Below, piece by piece: positions 1 through 7,941 of a stretch of DNA of 37,181 nucleotides. Below the pieces are notes generated by a model. It saw only the letters and a list, made by a program, of their open reading frames with translations, was not told the origin of the DNA and did not search any database. Origin of the DNA: a virus; IMG/VR virus record IMGVR_UViG_3300009502_000014, positions 1 to 37,181 of that record; one strand, 5' to 3'. How positions within the stretch are numbered: the first letter of the stretch is position 1; each line of letters starts with the position of its first letter. The translations under genes were made by a program, and so were the position numbers.

Positions 1-123
1 AAGCTGAGTTTGTGTTTTCATGACCGTTTCATGTGCCTTGCTATCCACTTCCAGCTTGGCAACGTCACGCCGTTCTGCATCACGCATTTCAATATCGTGC
101 GCCTTAGCAGTCTGTTTCATCAG
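1..123. repeat. Terminal overlap, copy 1 (identical to 37059-37181)
   Basis: 123/123 nt identical when both window ends are read directly. It lies inside the portal ORF, so it is a circularisation or assembly overlap. Unit length is 37058 bp. Confidence 0.95.
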
Positions 124-1989
124 TTCGCGCTTTGTTTCATTGTCTTGCTTGACTTGCTCAATGTCTTGACGTTGCTTCATTGCAAATTGCAATTGCTGAA
201 TCTGCTGTTGCATTTGTTGCACTTGTGCTTGTGATGCTTTCAATTGCATCTGTACTTGTGGGGGGATAGGTGATTTATCGTCAATCTGTGCCATCGGATT
301 AGCCGCCGCCATCCTGTCTGCAATGATCTCTGCGCCGGGGAAATCCATGTTTCTAAAAATCAAATCACCCGCAGTCTGCATCAATGAAGGATCCGCTTGC
401 AACATCCCCAGCATGGCATCCACAGATTCTTGACGCTTAGAGTTGTAGCCTGGGCCTGTTTCCATCACAACGTCATATTCGCCTACCGTCACATCGTTCA
501 AAATCTTTGCGATGCCTTGCTCGTCTTGGCCTTGCTGATTTAATGTCACCAATTCTGGCTTGCCATCTTCACCAATGATGCGCATGACTCGCTCTGTATC
601 GTATATCTTGGGAATTAGATCGAGAATAATCCTACCCGTGTAAGCAATAGATTGTGTCAAATTATCGTAATAGTGATAATTGGTCATATCAACGGCTTGT
701 TGCTGACCTTGTAATGATTTGCCACTAATGTTGCCAGTAGGCAATTGTGCTGGATCGTAAATACCAATCACCGCCATTAAATCAGCACTCAATGCTTGCG
801 CCGCCGCCATGACACCCGCCGGAGGTGGCTCAGGCTGTAACCGTTGTGGTGGTGGTGCTGGTCTACCGTCAATGTCCGTCTGCTTATACCGTAAAACAGG
901 CATGGCTTTAATATTAGCTTGTGCCCACTCGTTTTCATGACCTTCGTCTTGACCTTCTGCAAGCAACCATTTCGCCTTGGGTGCAAGTGCAACAGATTCG
1001 GTAAGGGCAGTCTGCCAGAAGTTGTACATTTTCTGAGGGTCTTTTGCTTGTCGAGCCAATCCAAAGTATTTTTTCTTGTTGTGAACAATCAATTGCTGAC
1101 CAGTCACCCGCACAACGGGAATGTATTTTCCAGCCCATGTGCCTTCTTCCAAGACTTCCATGCCCGACATTTTGCACCATTTAATCACTTTCTTAAATGA
1201 TTTGCGCCGACTAATTTCATATATCCCAGCCGCTTTCATAATGTTTTGAGCAGGTAACTCAGACGAATAAACGTGAGAACCGTCACTTAACAATATCAAA
1301 TCAGCCTGTTTGCGCTCAGTCCAGAAGTATTCAGCAATACGAATATCTTCTTTCATTATCCATTCTGAATCAAAATCACCCGTCCCCCGCTGGTGAAATC
1401 CCGATCCATCGTCGGCATCTGGATACATTTTGCGGAAAGTTTCTTTGCGTATAACCTCAGTAATCAAACACTTTTCAGCGTCTTGACCGTTTGGCAGAAT
1501 TGAGTTCGGATCAAAATAAACGGTGAACGGGTTGTTTATTCGACGAATATATATTTCTTGGTCAAATGATTTGTCACTAACATAATCCGTCTCTACTCGC
1601 CAATAACCCCAGCCCATACGCACAGCAAAATCAAAAGCATGATCGTAAGCATCGTCTGCGTTACTATTGACCTCAATATGCCGACACACACCCTGCAAAA
1701 TCTCTGCCACTTTAGCGTCTGATTCATTGTTCATCCCATGCACTTTGATGCGTGGACGCTGCTGACGTTGTTGGTTAGTAATCTGTCGGCAATATGCGTC
1801 TAGCTTGTTAATAGTCAAACATGGGCGAGATTCAAGACTACGACTATTTTGCAATTCGACAGGCCATTGATCGCCTGAGCAAAACAAAATATCCTCTAGT
1901 GCTTCTGCACGATTGTTAGAATCCGCATCGTTGCAGAATTGTAAGAATTGTTTTGCTTCTGTAATTCGTGAATCGTAATCGTCTTGCAT
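1..1989 (-). CDS. Portal protein, P22-type (first 663 codons; the ORF runs off the left edge and continues at 37058 down to 36957, about 696 aa in total)
   Basis: ATG at 1989, directly after the terL stop (1992-1994). My hand translation (MQDDYDSRITEAKQFLQFCND...VRMGWGYWRVETDY...YFGLARQAKDPQKMYNFW...) is stop-free down to position 1. It is in frame with the 36957-37178 ORF through the overlap. The ORF track misses it only because no stop lies inside the left edge. Gene order terS-terL-portal-scaffold-coat supports the call. Confidence 0.85.
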   Translation of the reverse strand, partial: MQDDYDSRITEAKQFLQFCNDADSNNRAEALEDILFCSGDQWPVELQNSRSLESRPCLTINKLDAYCRQITNQQRQQRPRIKVHGMNNESDAKVAEILQGVCRHIEVNSNADDAYDHAFDFAVRMGWGYWRVETDYVSDKSFDQEIYIRRINNPFTVYFDPNSILPNGQDAEKCLITEVIRKETFRKMYPDADDGSGFHQRGTGDFDSEWIMKEDIRIAEYFWTERKQADLILLSDGSHVYSSELPAQNIMKAAGIYEISRRKSFKKVIKWCKMSGMEVLEEGTWAGKYIPVVRVTGQQLIVHNKKKYFGLARQAKDPQKMYNFWQTALTESVALAPKAKWLLAEGQDEGHENEWAQANIKAMPVLRYKQTDIDGRPAPPPQRLQPEPPPAGVMAAAQALSADLMAVIGIYDPAQLPTGNISGKSLQGQQQAVDMTNYHYYDNLTQSIAYTGRIILDLIPKIYDTERVMRIIGEDGKPELVTLNQQGQDEQGIAKILNDVTVGEYDVVMETGPGYNSKRQESVDAMLGMLQADPSLMQTAGDLIFRNMDFPGAEIIADRMAAANPMAQIDDKSPIPPQVQMQLKASQAQVQQMQQQIQQLQFAMKQRQDIEQVKQDNETKRELMKQTAKAHDIEMRDAERRDVAKLEVDSKAHETVMKTQTQL

Positions 1990-1991
1990 AA

Positions 1992-3278
1992 TTAACCCAT
2001 CCATGAGCCTGGTGGCGAATATGTCGGTTTCTTAGGCCGCGCCTGTTTTGGTTCGTTAACCATCAACCCCAACATTCTAAATGCGTCGGCACCATGCGAG
2101 TATTGATCGTGCAACGGTGTTTTACTAAATTGCTTAGTATCAGGGTCAACTTCATAGCGATAATGTCTAAGGCATTGTAACCCTTCCGAACAATTATCAC
2201 GATCAAAATAGCAATTACGAAATATTGTCCTTGCGGCATCAATGCTGTCAACAATTGGCACTTTGCCTAAAATTCGAGTCTTAAACCCTGAATTTCTAAC
2301 TATTTCCTCGATGGATCGCCCATTTGCCGCCAAAGTTTTATTCTCAGCATCATGCGGCAACCATAATGTATCGTAGACATAACCAAAGGTTTGCAGTCGT
2401 GCGAGATAATACGCAATCGTCTGTTGGCTATCTTCAAGATATCTAATCAGCCTCGTTTCCATGCCTATAAACTGGACAAACCAAATCGCCGTTGCATCTG
2501 ACCAGCCTAGATCAAATACCGCATGAACTGGTTTAGCAGGATCATACGTCACCTTTGTGATTCTCCCATCCAACTCAGCCAATTGCATTTCTTTGGCAAA
2601 TACCGCACCGTCTACCGTCTGTCTACATATCCCTTCCCAAACGGTGTTATACGCCTCAATATCGCGTTGTTTTAATGACAATCGCTCAAGATTCAACGTT
2701 TCAGGAAACCACGGATTATCAGACCAATTGATCTTTTGAACCACCGAATTATCAGGAGGATGCAATACAAAACGTTGATAGGTTTCATCTGATTCAAGTT
2801 CAGGATTAAAGGTAATCCATATCTCCGAATCTTGTTTACGGATAGTAGGAATCAATACTGACCACGATGCACTAGAAGTTGTCTGTGCTTCTTCTACCCA
2901 ACAAATATCAACACCCTCGAAAGATTTGATATTGGCAACATTGTTTTTTAGTCCAGCAAAGCTAAACTCTGTGCCGTTTTGCCCTCGGATGCTATTTTGT
3001 GTTATTTCGTAAAATCCAAGCAATCCTAACGCCTGAATCTGGTCAGACAATAACTTATGCACCGAATCCTTGATGCTCGTTTGAAATTCCCTTGCACACA
3101 ATACCCTTAAAGTCTTTTGTGCGCCTTTTATCAGCAATGCCCTTGCGACACCCCAACTCTTTGCGCCACCTCGCCCACCAAACAATATTCTGTATCTGGA
3201 TTTCTCAGGTTCAAACAAGCATTGCAGCTTAACCGGAAACTGCGCTTTTGCTATTGCAGATTTAACTTGCTGATTCAT
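1992..3278 (-). CDS. terL: Terminase large subunit (PBSX / Terminase_3-like)
   Basis: 428 aa. The N-terminus has YRILFGGRGGAKSWGVARALL (P-loop-like) and LCAREFQTSIKDS. It overlaps the terS 3' end by 17 nt and is followed by the portal gene. Confidence 0.9.
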   Translation of the reverse strand: MNQQVKSAIAKAQFPVKLQCLFEPEKSRYRILFGGRGGAKSWGVARALLIKGAQKTLRVLCAREFQTSIKDSVHKLLSDQIQALGLLGFYEITQNSIRGQNGTEFSFAGLKNNVANIKSFEGVDICWVEEAQTTSSASWSVLIPTIRKQDSEIWITFNPELESDETYQRFVLHPPDNSVVQKINWSDNPWFPETLNLERLSLKQRDIEAYNTVWEGICRQTVDGAVFAKEMQLAELDGRITKVTYDPAKPVHAVFDLGWSDATAIWFVQFIGMETRLIRYLEDSQQTIAYYLARLQTFGYVYDTLWLPHDAENKTLAANGRSIEEIVRNSGFKTRILGKVPIVDSIDAARTIFRNCYFDRDNCSEGLQCLRHYRYEVDPDTKQFSKTPLHDQYSHGADAFRMLGLMVNEPKQARPKKPTYSPPGSWMG

Positions 3279-3672
3279 CGCGCTTAGGCGTTACAAACGA
3301 TACTTCTATACCAGCAAGCAAAGGTTGTCCGTCTGCGCCAGTAATCTCAGTCTTTGTTGATTCTCGATACTTTTTAGGAAATCTCGCCGCCATTGATCGT
3401 GACCAGATACTTGCATTAAGTTTGGCACAGTCCTTTTCCTCGATCATGTGCGTCTGAGCAATGGTTTCCCACCAATTCTGTTCAAATTCCTTAGCCATTT
3501 CCAAGGCACGCGAAAAATCTTCATGAACATCACGCCATTCATAGATCGTCCGTGTCCCAACATTCAATTCACAGGCTATTTGTTCAATGCTCTTACCTAA
3601 TTTTCCAAGCGTAATCACCCGCTCACAATAATCGGGATCATACTTGCTCGGTCTACCTACTGGTCGAGTCAT
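3262..3672 (-). CDS. terS: Terminase small subunit
   Basis: 136 aa. The N-terminal GRPSKYDPDYCERVITLG...SIEQIACELNVGTRTIYEWRDVHEDF is an HTH pattern typical of small terminases. It lies directly upstream of terL. Confidence 0.75.
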   Translation of the reverse strand: MTRPVGRPSKYDPDYCERVITLGKLGKSIEQIACELNVGTRTIYEWRDVHEDFSRALEMAKEFEQNWWETIAQTHMIEEKDCAKLNASIWSRSMAARFPKKYRESTKTEITGADGQPLLAGIEVSFVTPKRDESAS

Positions 3673-3839
3673 TATTCAGTTGCCATTGTTGCGTAAGCAT
3701 TGACGATTTCATCAACTTCTGCTTGTTGAATCTGCAATTCAATCTCTTTCACCAGGTCGGCAACAATACAATACGGTTCATCTTTCAATATTTCTAAGAT
3801 TAAATCCCATTGCTGTTCATCTAGTGTAATTTGCATCAT
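3672..3839 (-). CDS. Unlisted 55-aa acidic ORF (MMQITLDEQQWDLILEILKDEPYCIVADLVKEIELQIQQAEVDEIVNAYATMATE)
   Basis: Hand translated. Its ATG overlaps the upstream stop as ATGA (3836-3839). Its TAA shares one nt with the terS ATG (TAATG). Below the 60-aa cutoff of the track. Confidence 0.55.
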   Translation of the reverse strand: MMQITLDEQQWDLILEILKDEPYCIVADLVKEIELQIQQAEVDEIVNAYATMATE

Positions 3840-4036
3840 TTCACCTGTGGTTGTACTTCTGCTGGTGCGTCAGAGGGAATTTCTGCCTGTACTTGGGGCA
3901 CAGCTTGAGCGTGAATCTTAACTAGCAACTCATGCACCAATTTATGCGGCAATTCTTGCAATGCTTTCAAAATTGTTTCTACTTCTTCTTTCGTGTGCTG
4001 TAAGTTAATCATTTTTATCCTCAATAAAACAAACAT
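3836..4036 (-). CDS. Hypothetical protein (the likely start is the internal ATG at 4012)
   Basis: Track ORF within a chain of coupled ORFs. No recognisable motif. Confidence 0.5.
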   Translation of the reverse strand: MFVLLRIKMINLQHTKEEVETILKALQELPHKLVHELLVKIHAQAVPQVQAEIPSDAPAEVQPQVK

Positions 4037-4283
4037 CTTTCCAAGACATTATCAAATAACGCTCACCATTTTCTAAATATTCCTGATATTTCAGATACTC
4101 GTCATTGCCCATTGTGCCAAAGCGAATGTAATCATTAGGCTGTACATACTTACTTGCGTCTTTACCTACCGCTATCACCGAACCCATATTAAACTGTTCA
4201 GTCATCACCACTTCGATAATAGATGATTTAATGCGCTCAGTAGGTTTTACAACAATCTTATCTTTTAACGGTTTAAGATTCAT
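4005..4283 (-). CDS. GroES/Cpn10-like co-chaperonin
   Basis: 92 aa. MNLKPLKDKIVVKP, GSVIAVG and YLIMSWKDVCFIE align by eye with GroES MNIRPLHDRVIVKR, GEVLAVG and VLIMSESDILAIV. Confidence 0.7.
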   Translation of the reverse strand: MNLKPLKDKIVVKPTERIKSSIIEVVMTEQFNMGSVIAVGKDASKYVQPNDYIRFGTMGNDEYLKYQEYLENGERYLIMSWKDVCFIEDKND

Positions 4284-4486
4284 GCGACCGCCTTAACTGG
4301 TCTGCCGCGCTTAATCACAGGTACATCAACCGTTACATCTATCACAGGGTTAATTTTAATCGCCCATTCGCCGCACCATTCATTTGCATGATGCGTAACA
4401 TAAGCCGGAAAACGCCGACAACTTCCCAAGCCATCGCCCAAGAAGTATTTACAGGTGCAACACGATGTAAAATCACTTTCAGCCAT
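4280..4486 (-). CDS. Small Cys-rich protein (CCTCKYF...GSCRR...EWCGEW)
   Basis: 68-aa track ORF with a 4-nt overlap onto the downstream gene. The Cys pattern suggests metal binding. Function unknown. Confidence 0.55.
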   Translation of the reverse strand: MAESDFTSCCTCKYFLGDGLGSCRRFPAYVTHHANEWCGEWAIKINPVIDVTVDVPVIKRGRPVKAVA

Positions 4487-4547
4487 TACAACTTCCTTTT
4501 GTAGTGGTTAGCGGGTCATTCGGTGCTGTCACACCATTGACCTGCGA

Positions 4548-4874
4548 TTACTTGTCTTGATCGTGTTCAATGCGCTTGTGGTCATAGCAGACTTTCTCGC
4601 CTACATAACCCTTCATCTCGCCTAGCATCCCATCATTCTTGCCCATGTGTGATGCTTCGCGCAAACCAAGACCGTCAGCTTTGCCCATGCCCACGCCACC
4701 AGCAATAGGGGCTTTACGCTCACCTGATGTATCCGATGCAAGTACGCCTTTAGGCATTTTCTCTCCAGATGCGCCAGTATGAAATTTTTCTTTATCAACG
4801 CTTGATGCTTTGATGCGTTTATCACCCGACATATCAGGTTTGGAAACGCCTTTGGGTAATTTTTCGTAGCCCAT
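4548..4874 (-). CDS. Hypothetical Gly/Lys-rich, probably disordered protein with internal repeats (EKLPKGV / EKMPKGV; MGKADG / MGKNDG)
   Basis: 108-aa track ORF. The repeats are visible in the translation. Confidence 0.5.
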   Translation of the reverse strand: MGYEKLPKGVSKPDMSGDKRIKASSVDKEKFHTGASGEKMPKGVLASDTSGERKAPIAGGVGMGKADGLGLREASHMGKNDGMLGEMKGYVGEKVCYDHKRIEHDQDK

Positions 4875-4904
4875 AATAATCCTTTAATAGAAGGTAGCTT
4901 AATT

Positions 4905-5246
4905 TTACTCTCTTACGTTAAACGTGACAACAACTTTATTCCCTGTCAAGTTTGACAATACTGGATGAATCCGAAACATTTTATCATTTATTCCCAGTGC
5001 GTCTGCTATCCCATCTCGTCCAGATTTAAATGCAGCGACTAAATTATCATCGTCCCTGTGTCTGCGATCAGGTGGATAAAACGTAATGTGCATATCAATC
5101 AATTTATCGATTGGCAAAACCAAACCAAGCGTCAACATTTTGCATATTTCTCGATAATTTTTCTTATGTTTTGCTTTAACCGCCCAATGCAATTGCTGAT
5201 TAGGATTCAATTCTTTGGGTGGAAATGGGTATTCTATTGATCTCAT
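4905..5246 (-). CDS. rusA: RusA-family Holliday junction resolvase
   Basis: 113 aa. PPKELNPNQQLHW...HITFYPPDRRHRDDDNLVAAFKSGRDGIADALGINDK matches the RusA pattern (LxPN..hW, f..P..R.rDlDN...K...D.l). Confidence 0.75.
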   Translation of the reverse strand: MRSIEYPFPPKELNPNQQLHWAVKAKHKKNYREICKMLTLGLVLPIDKLIDMHITFYPPDRRHRDDDNLVAAFKSGRDGIADALGINDKMFRIHPVLSNLTGNKVVVTFNVRE

Positions 5247-5338
5247 GTGTGTTTTTTATCACAATATGCGCATTTGATAGTTGGTTTGTAACATTTAACT
5301 CACTACAATTGCAAAGTAGTCTAAACAAAAGGTAACTT

Positions 5339-6301
5339 ATGGCCTTATATTTAACAGACGAACAATTTATTTCCGAATGGCAAAAAATAGGTAGTCCTGA
5401 ATTATTTGCCAAGACGCATAAATTAAATATACGCTCCGTTTACATTCGTAGACGAACAATTGAAACTCGACATAATATTACGCTTGCTAGTACAAACGAT
5501 CAACGAATCTTTGGAAAGCACACCCGCGCTGAAAAAGCAGCAGTCAATATTAGAAGCGAGATTCAATTAGAAAAAGGCACAGTCATTGTTTTTTCAGACG
5601 CACACTTTTGGCCTGATGAAACAACAACCGCCTTCAAAGCCCTGATTAAACTAATCAAAGAATTAAAGCCATCTGCCATTGTTTGCAATGGTGATGCCTT
5701 TGACGGTGGTGCCATTTCTCGGTTTCCCCGTATCGGCTGGGATCACAAACCAACCGTCAAAGATGAAATTGAGGCGTGTAAGTTTTATTTGGGTGAAATT
5801 GAAAAAGTAGCAAAGGGTGCAAAACTAATCTGGACAATGGGCAACCATGATGCACGTTTTGAAACGGCATTGGCTTCGGTTGTTGGACAATATGAAAATG
5901 TGCCAGGCTTTTCCTTAAAAGATCATTTTCCATTTTGGCAACCTTGCTGGTCGTTCTGGGTCAATGACGATACCGTTATCAAACACCGATTCAAAGGTGG
6001 TCGTTATGGCGGCTACCAAAACACAATCAATAGTGGTGTAAACATCATAACGGGTCATACGCACGTTTTAGCAGTCCAACCTATAACTGACTATAACGGT
6101 ACTCGTTACGGTGTCCAGACGGGTTGTTTAGCCGATCCTGAGGCCCTGGCGTTTGCTGATTACACCGAAGATAACAGTAAAGACTGGCGATCAGGGTTTG
6201 CGGTTTTAACTTGGGATCGTGGCAAGCTGTTAATGCCTGAGCTAATTCAAGTATGGGATGAAGATGAAGTGCAATTTCGCGGCAAAATAATCAAAGTATG
6301 A
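5339..6301 (+). CDS. Calcineurin-like metallophosphoesterase with an N-terminal HTH-like extension
   Basis: 320 aa. Motifs VFSDAHF, NGDAFDGG, GNHD and GHTH appear in canonical order. The roughly 70-aa N-terminus (FAKTHKLNIRSVYIRRRTIE) looks HTH-like. It sits on the opposite strand to its neighbours. Confidence 0.75.
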   Translation: MALYLTDEQFISEWQKIGSPELFAKTHKLNIRSVYIRRRTIETRHNITLASTNDQRIFGKHTRAEKAAVNIRSEIQLEKGTVIVFSDAHFWPDETTTAFKALIKLIKELKPSAIVCNGDAFDGGAISRFPRIGWDHKPTVKDEIEACKFYLGEIEKVAKGAKLIWTMGNHDARFETALASVVGQYENVPGFSLKDHFPFWQPCWSFWVNDDTVIKHRFKGGRYGGYQNTINSGVNIITGHTHVLAVQPITDYNGTRYGVQTGCLADPEALAFADYTEDNSKDWRSGFAVLTWDRGKLLMPELIQVWDEDEVQFRGKIIKV

Positions 6302-6642
6302 AATTCACATCATCATCGCTTCGATCAATTTATATAATGTTGCGAAATCTAGCACCGTTTAAGAATTGGTCAATGCCAGATGAAAAAAATATAATATTTG
6401 TAGCGTCAAACGATACAGATGCTATGGGAACTTATGTTTATGATGAAGAAAAAGAACGGCACGTTATGACCATATCAAAACAAAAAAATGGTCATCTTGA
6501 CACCGTTATTAAAACAATGGCGCATGAAATGATACATTTACGACGCTGGAAAACGTCAGGCTGGGACAAACACGATGATGTATTTAGAAAATATGCCACA
6601 CAAGTAGCAAACGAATTAGGTTTTGATCCCAACGAGTTGTAA
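6298..6642 (+). CDS. SprT-like / HExxH zinc-metallopeptidase-fold protein
   Basis: 114 aa with MAHEMIHL (HExxH). 4-nt overlap with the phosphoesterase gene. Confidence 0.55.
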   Translation: MKFTSSSLRSIYIMLRNLAPFKNWSMPDEKNIIFVASNDTDAMGTYVYDEEKERHVMTISKQKNGHLDTVIKTMAHEMIHLRRWKTSGWDKHDDVFRKYATQVANELGFDPNEL

Positions 6643-6888
6643 TCGTTCTAATAGCCCTTCTTCACTAATACCGTAATGTCGTTCAAACGCTTTGCGTCCC
6701 ATACCATGTACCCCCCCGTTACCTCGATGGTGTTCGGGGCAGAGTGGTATAACTGGTGCGTTTTTTCGTAAACCCCCGTGTCGGATATGGTGTATTTCCG
6801 CTGGGGTTTCACCATATTCCAAAAAGTTGCACAATATGCAACCAAACGATGCCAAACGGTCATAGTGTTTCCTTTCTAATTTGTTCAA
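6616..6888 (-). CDS. Ref-like (RecA-dependent) HNH nuclease
   Basis: 90 aa. LASFGCILC...AEIHHIRHGG...VIPLCPEHHRGNGGVHGMGRKAFERHYGI matches the pattern I associate with the P1 Ref family. Confidence 0.6.
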   Translation of the reverse strand: MNKLERKHYDRLASFGCILCNFLEYGETPAEIHHIRHGGLRKNAPVIPLCPEHHRGNGGVHGMGRKAFERHYGISEEGLLERLQLVGIKT

Positions 6889-7045
6889 CGTATTTATCCC
6901 TTGTTTCCATTGCTAAAATTTCTGCCTGTTCAACAATGTTTGACACGTTTTGATAAGCCGATTCCCAGTCGTTTTTTAACGCCTGTTCGTAAAATTGTTT
7001 AGTGAATTTGGTTAAATCAAAAAAACTTTGTGCGTAATCTTTCAT
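6860..7045 (-). CDS. Hypothetical protein
   Basis: 61-aa track ORF. Its ATG overlaps the upstream stop as ATGA. Confidence 0.5.
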   Translation of the reverse strand: MKDYAQSFFDLTKFTKQFYEQALKNDWESAYQNVSNIVEQAEILAMETRDKYVEQIRKETL

Positions 7046-7188
7046 TTTGCCGCCATGAGATAAAGTCCGACATTGCCAAGCGCATAGCCGAAATAAGTGA
7101 TTGCAAGCGGGTAATTACCTTTCACCCCTTGCTCGATTGAAATGTAACTATATATCAATCCAGTTATCACAATCAACCATGCACTCAT
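7042..7188 (-). CDS. Unlisted 48-aa protein with two hydrophobic helices (MSAWLIVITGLIYSYISIEQGVKGNYPLAITYFGYALGNVGLYLMAAK)
   Basis: Translated nucleotide by nucleotide. ATGA overlaps at both ends (7185-7188 and 7042-7045). Confidence 0.6.
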   Translation of the reverse strand: MSAWLIVITGLIYSYISIEQGVKGNYPLAITYFGYALGNVGLYLMAAK

Positions 7189-7511
7189 CTTACGTTTTTA
7201 TCCATGATTCTGTTGTTTGCTTGCTCAGATCGCCACGCATCAAAACGCATTTGAGCCGTTAATAATTTCCATTTCAGCAATTCACAATTATAAGTTGCTT
7301 CGCCCAAAGCCTTGCATAATTGTTGATATTCTTCACTCGCATAGGCTTCACGTTCCTGAGCCGATACGGGTAAGTCTAAATGCTTTTTCATTTCAATTGC
7401 TTTTAGACTTGACTTAAAGGATTCCAGTTCTGCAAGGTCTTGTCGGGCCTTTGCGTATTTAGGCGCATTGTCCCAAATGAATTGTATTGCTTTGTCTGCG
7501 TTTTCATTCAT
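7185..7511 (-). CDS. Hypothetical coiled-coil protein
   Basis: 108-aa track ORF. Its ATG overlaps the methyltransferase frame-B stop as ATGA (7508-7511). Confidence 0.6.
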   Translation of the reverse strand: MNENADKAIQFIWDNAPKYAKARQDLAELESFKSSLKAIEMKKHLDLPVSAQEREAYASEEYQQLCKALGEATYNCELLKWKLLTAQMRFDAWRSEQANNRIMDKNVR

Positions 7512-7941
7512 TTAAGCAACTCCCAGGCTGTTGCTGCACACAATGGAACTTGTCCATTTCCAATGGCTTTAAGTCTGTCCACAGTTGCTGTTCCTGTTCC
7601 AACAACTCTTGGAACGATCTGCGTTTCATCCATGCAAGTTTGTTCCCACACTCCCGACTGCAAGTTTTCTCTCTCGGTCGTTTGTAAGTGAACTGAGTCC
7701 CGCAATACAGGCAAATCCTGTCCTTCGTATGATCTTTCCAGCGTTGATTCGCATGAATCAACCCGTGACACCTGATGCAAAGAATCGCAATGTTGCTGCT
7801 CGTGTTGTTGCTCGTGTTGTGATCTATGTGATGTCTGTGAAGGGTCTCTGTTCCACCACATCGTTCGCATTTGGACAGATTTTTGTAAAGGCGTTGCGCT
7901 TGTTTTCTGCCAGCGTTCAAACTCTTTTGGGTCAAATTCAT
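7504..7941 (-). CDS. HNH homing-type endonuclease (third frame, overprinted on the methyltransferase 3' end)
   Basis: 145 aa. CERCGG-x4-LHRHHIDHN-x9-NIAILCIRCHGLIH forms the HNH core, followed by a CLYCG...CSRECG zinc ribbon. GGAG lies 8 nt upstream of the ATG at 7941. Confidence 0.8.
   Translation of the reverse strand: MNLTQKSLNAGRKQAQRLYKNLSKCERCGGTETLHRHHIDHNTSNNTSSNIAILCIRCHGLIHANQRWKDHTKDRICLYCGTQFTYKRPREKTCSRECGNKLAWMKRRSFQELLEQEQQLWTDLKPLEMDKFHCVQQQPGSCLNE

Noticed and set aside
1-123. The 123-nt terminal repeat as a biological direct terminal repeat or as mobile-element ends.
   Set aside because: It lies in the middle of the portal coding sequence, and the two copies simply close the reading frame. 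It is most simply an assembly overlap of a circularly permuted genome.
789-1200. Track ORFs 789-1088 (-), 919-1200 (+) and 935-1180 (-) within 1-1989.
   Set aside because: They are alternative-frame or antisense fragments inside the 663-codon portal reading frame, which has clear portal-like sequence.
7520-7585. In the HNH frame, the tail LWTDLKPLEMDKFH resembles the W(S/T)DL...(D/P)KEF string found after the EWLM..P..W motif of the methyltransferase frame (WSDLNEFDPKEF at about 7900-7945). This hints at a duplicated target site.
   Set aside because: The same nucleotides encode the conserved VDRLKAIGNGQVP in frame B, so the resemblance may be a by-product of that constraint. I cannot test it without alignments.
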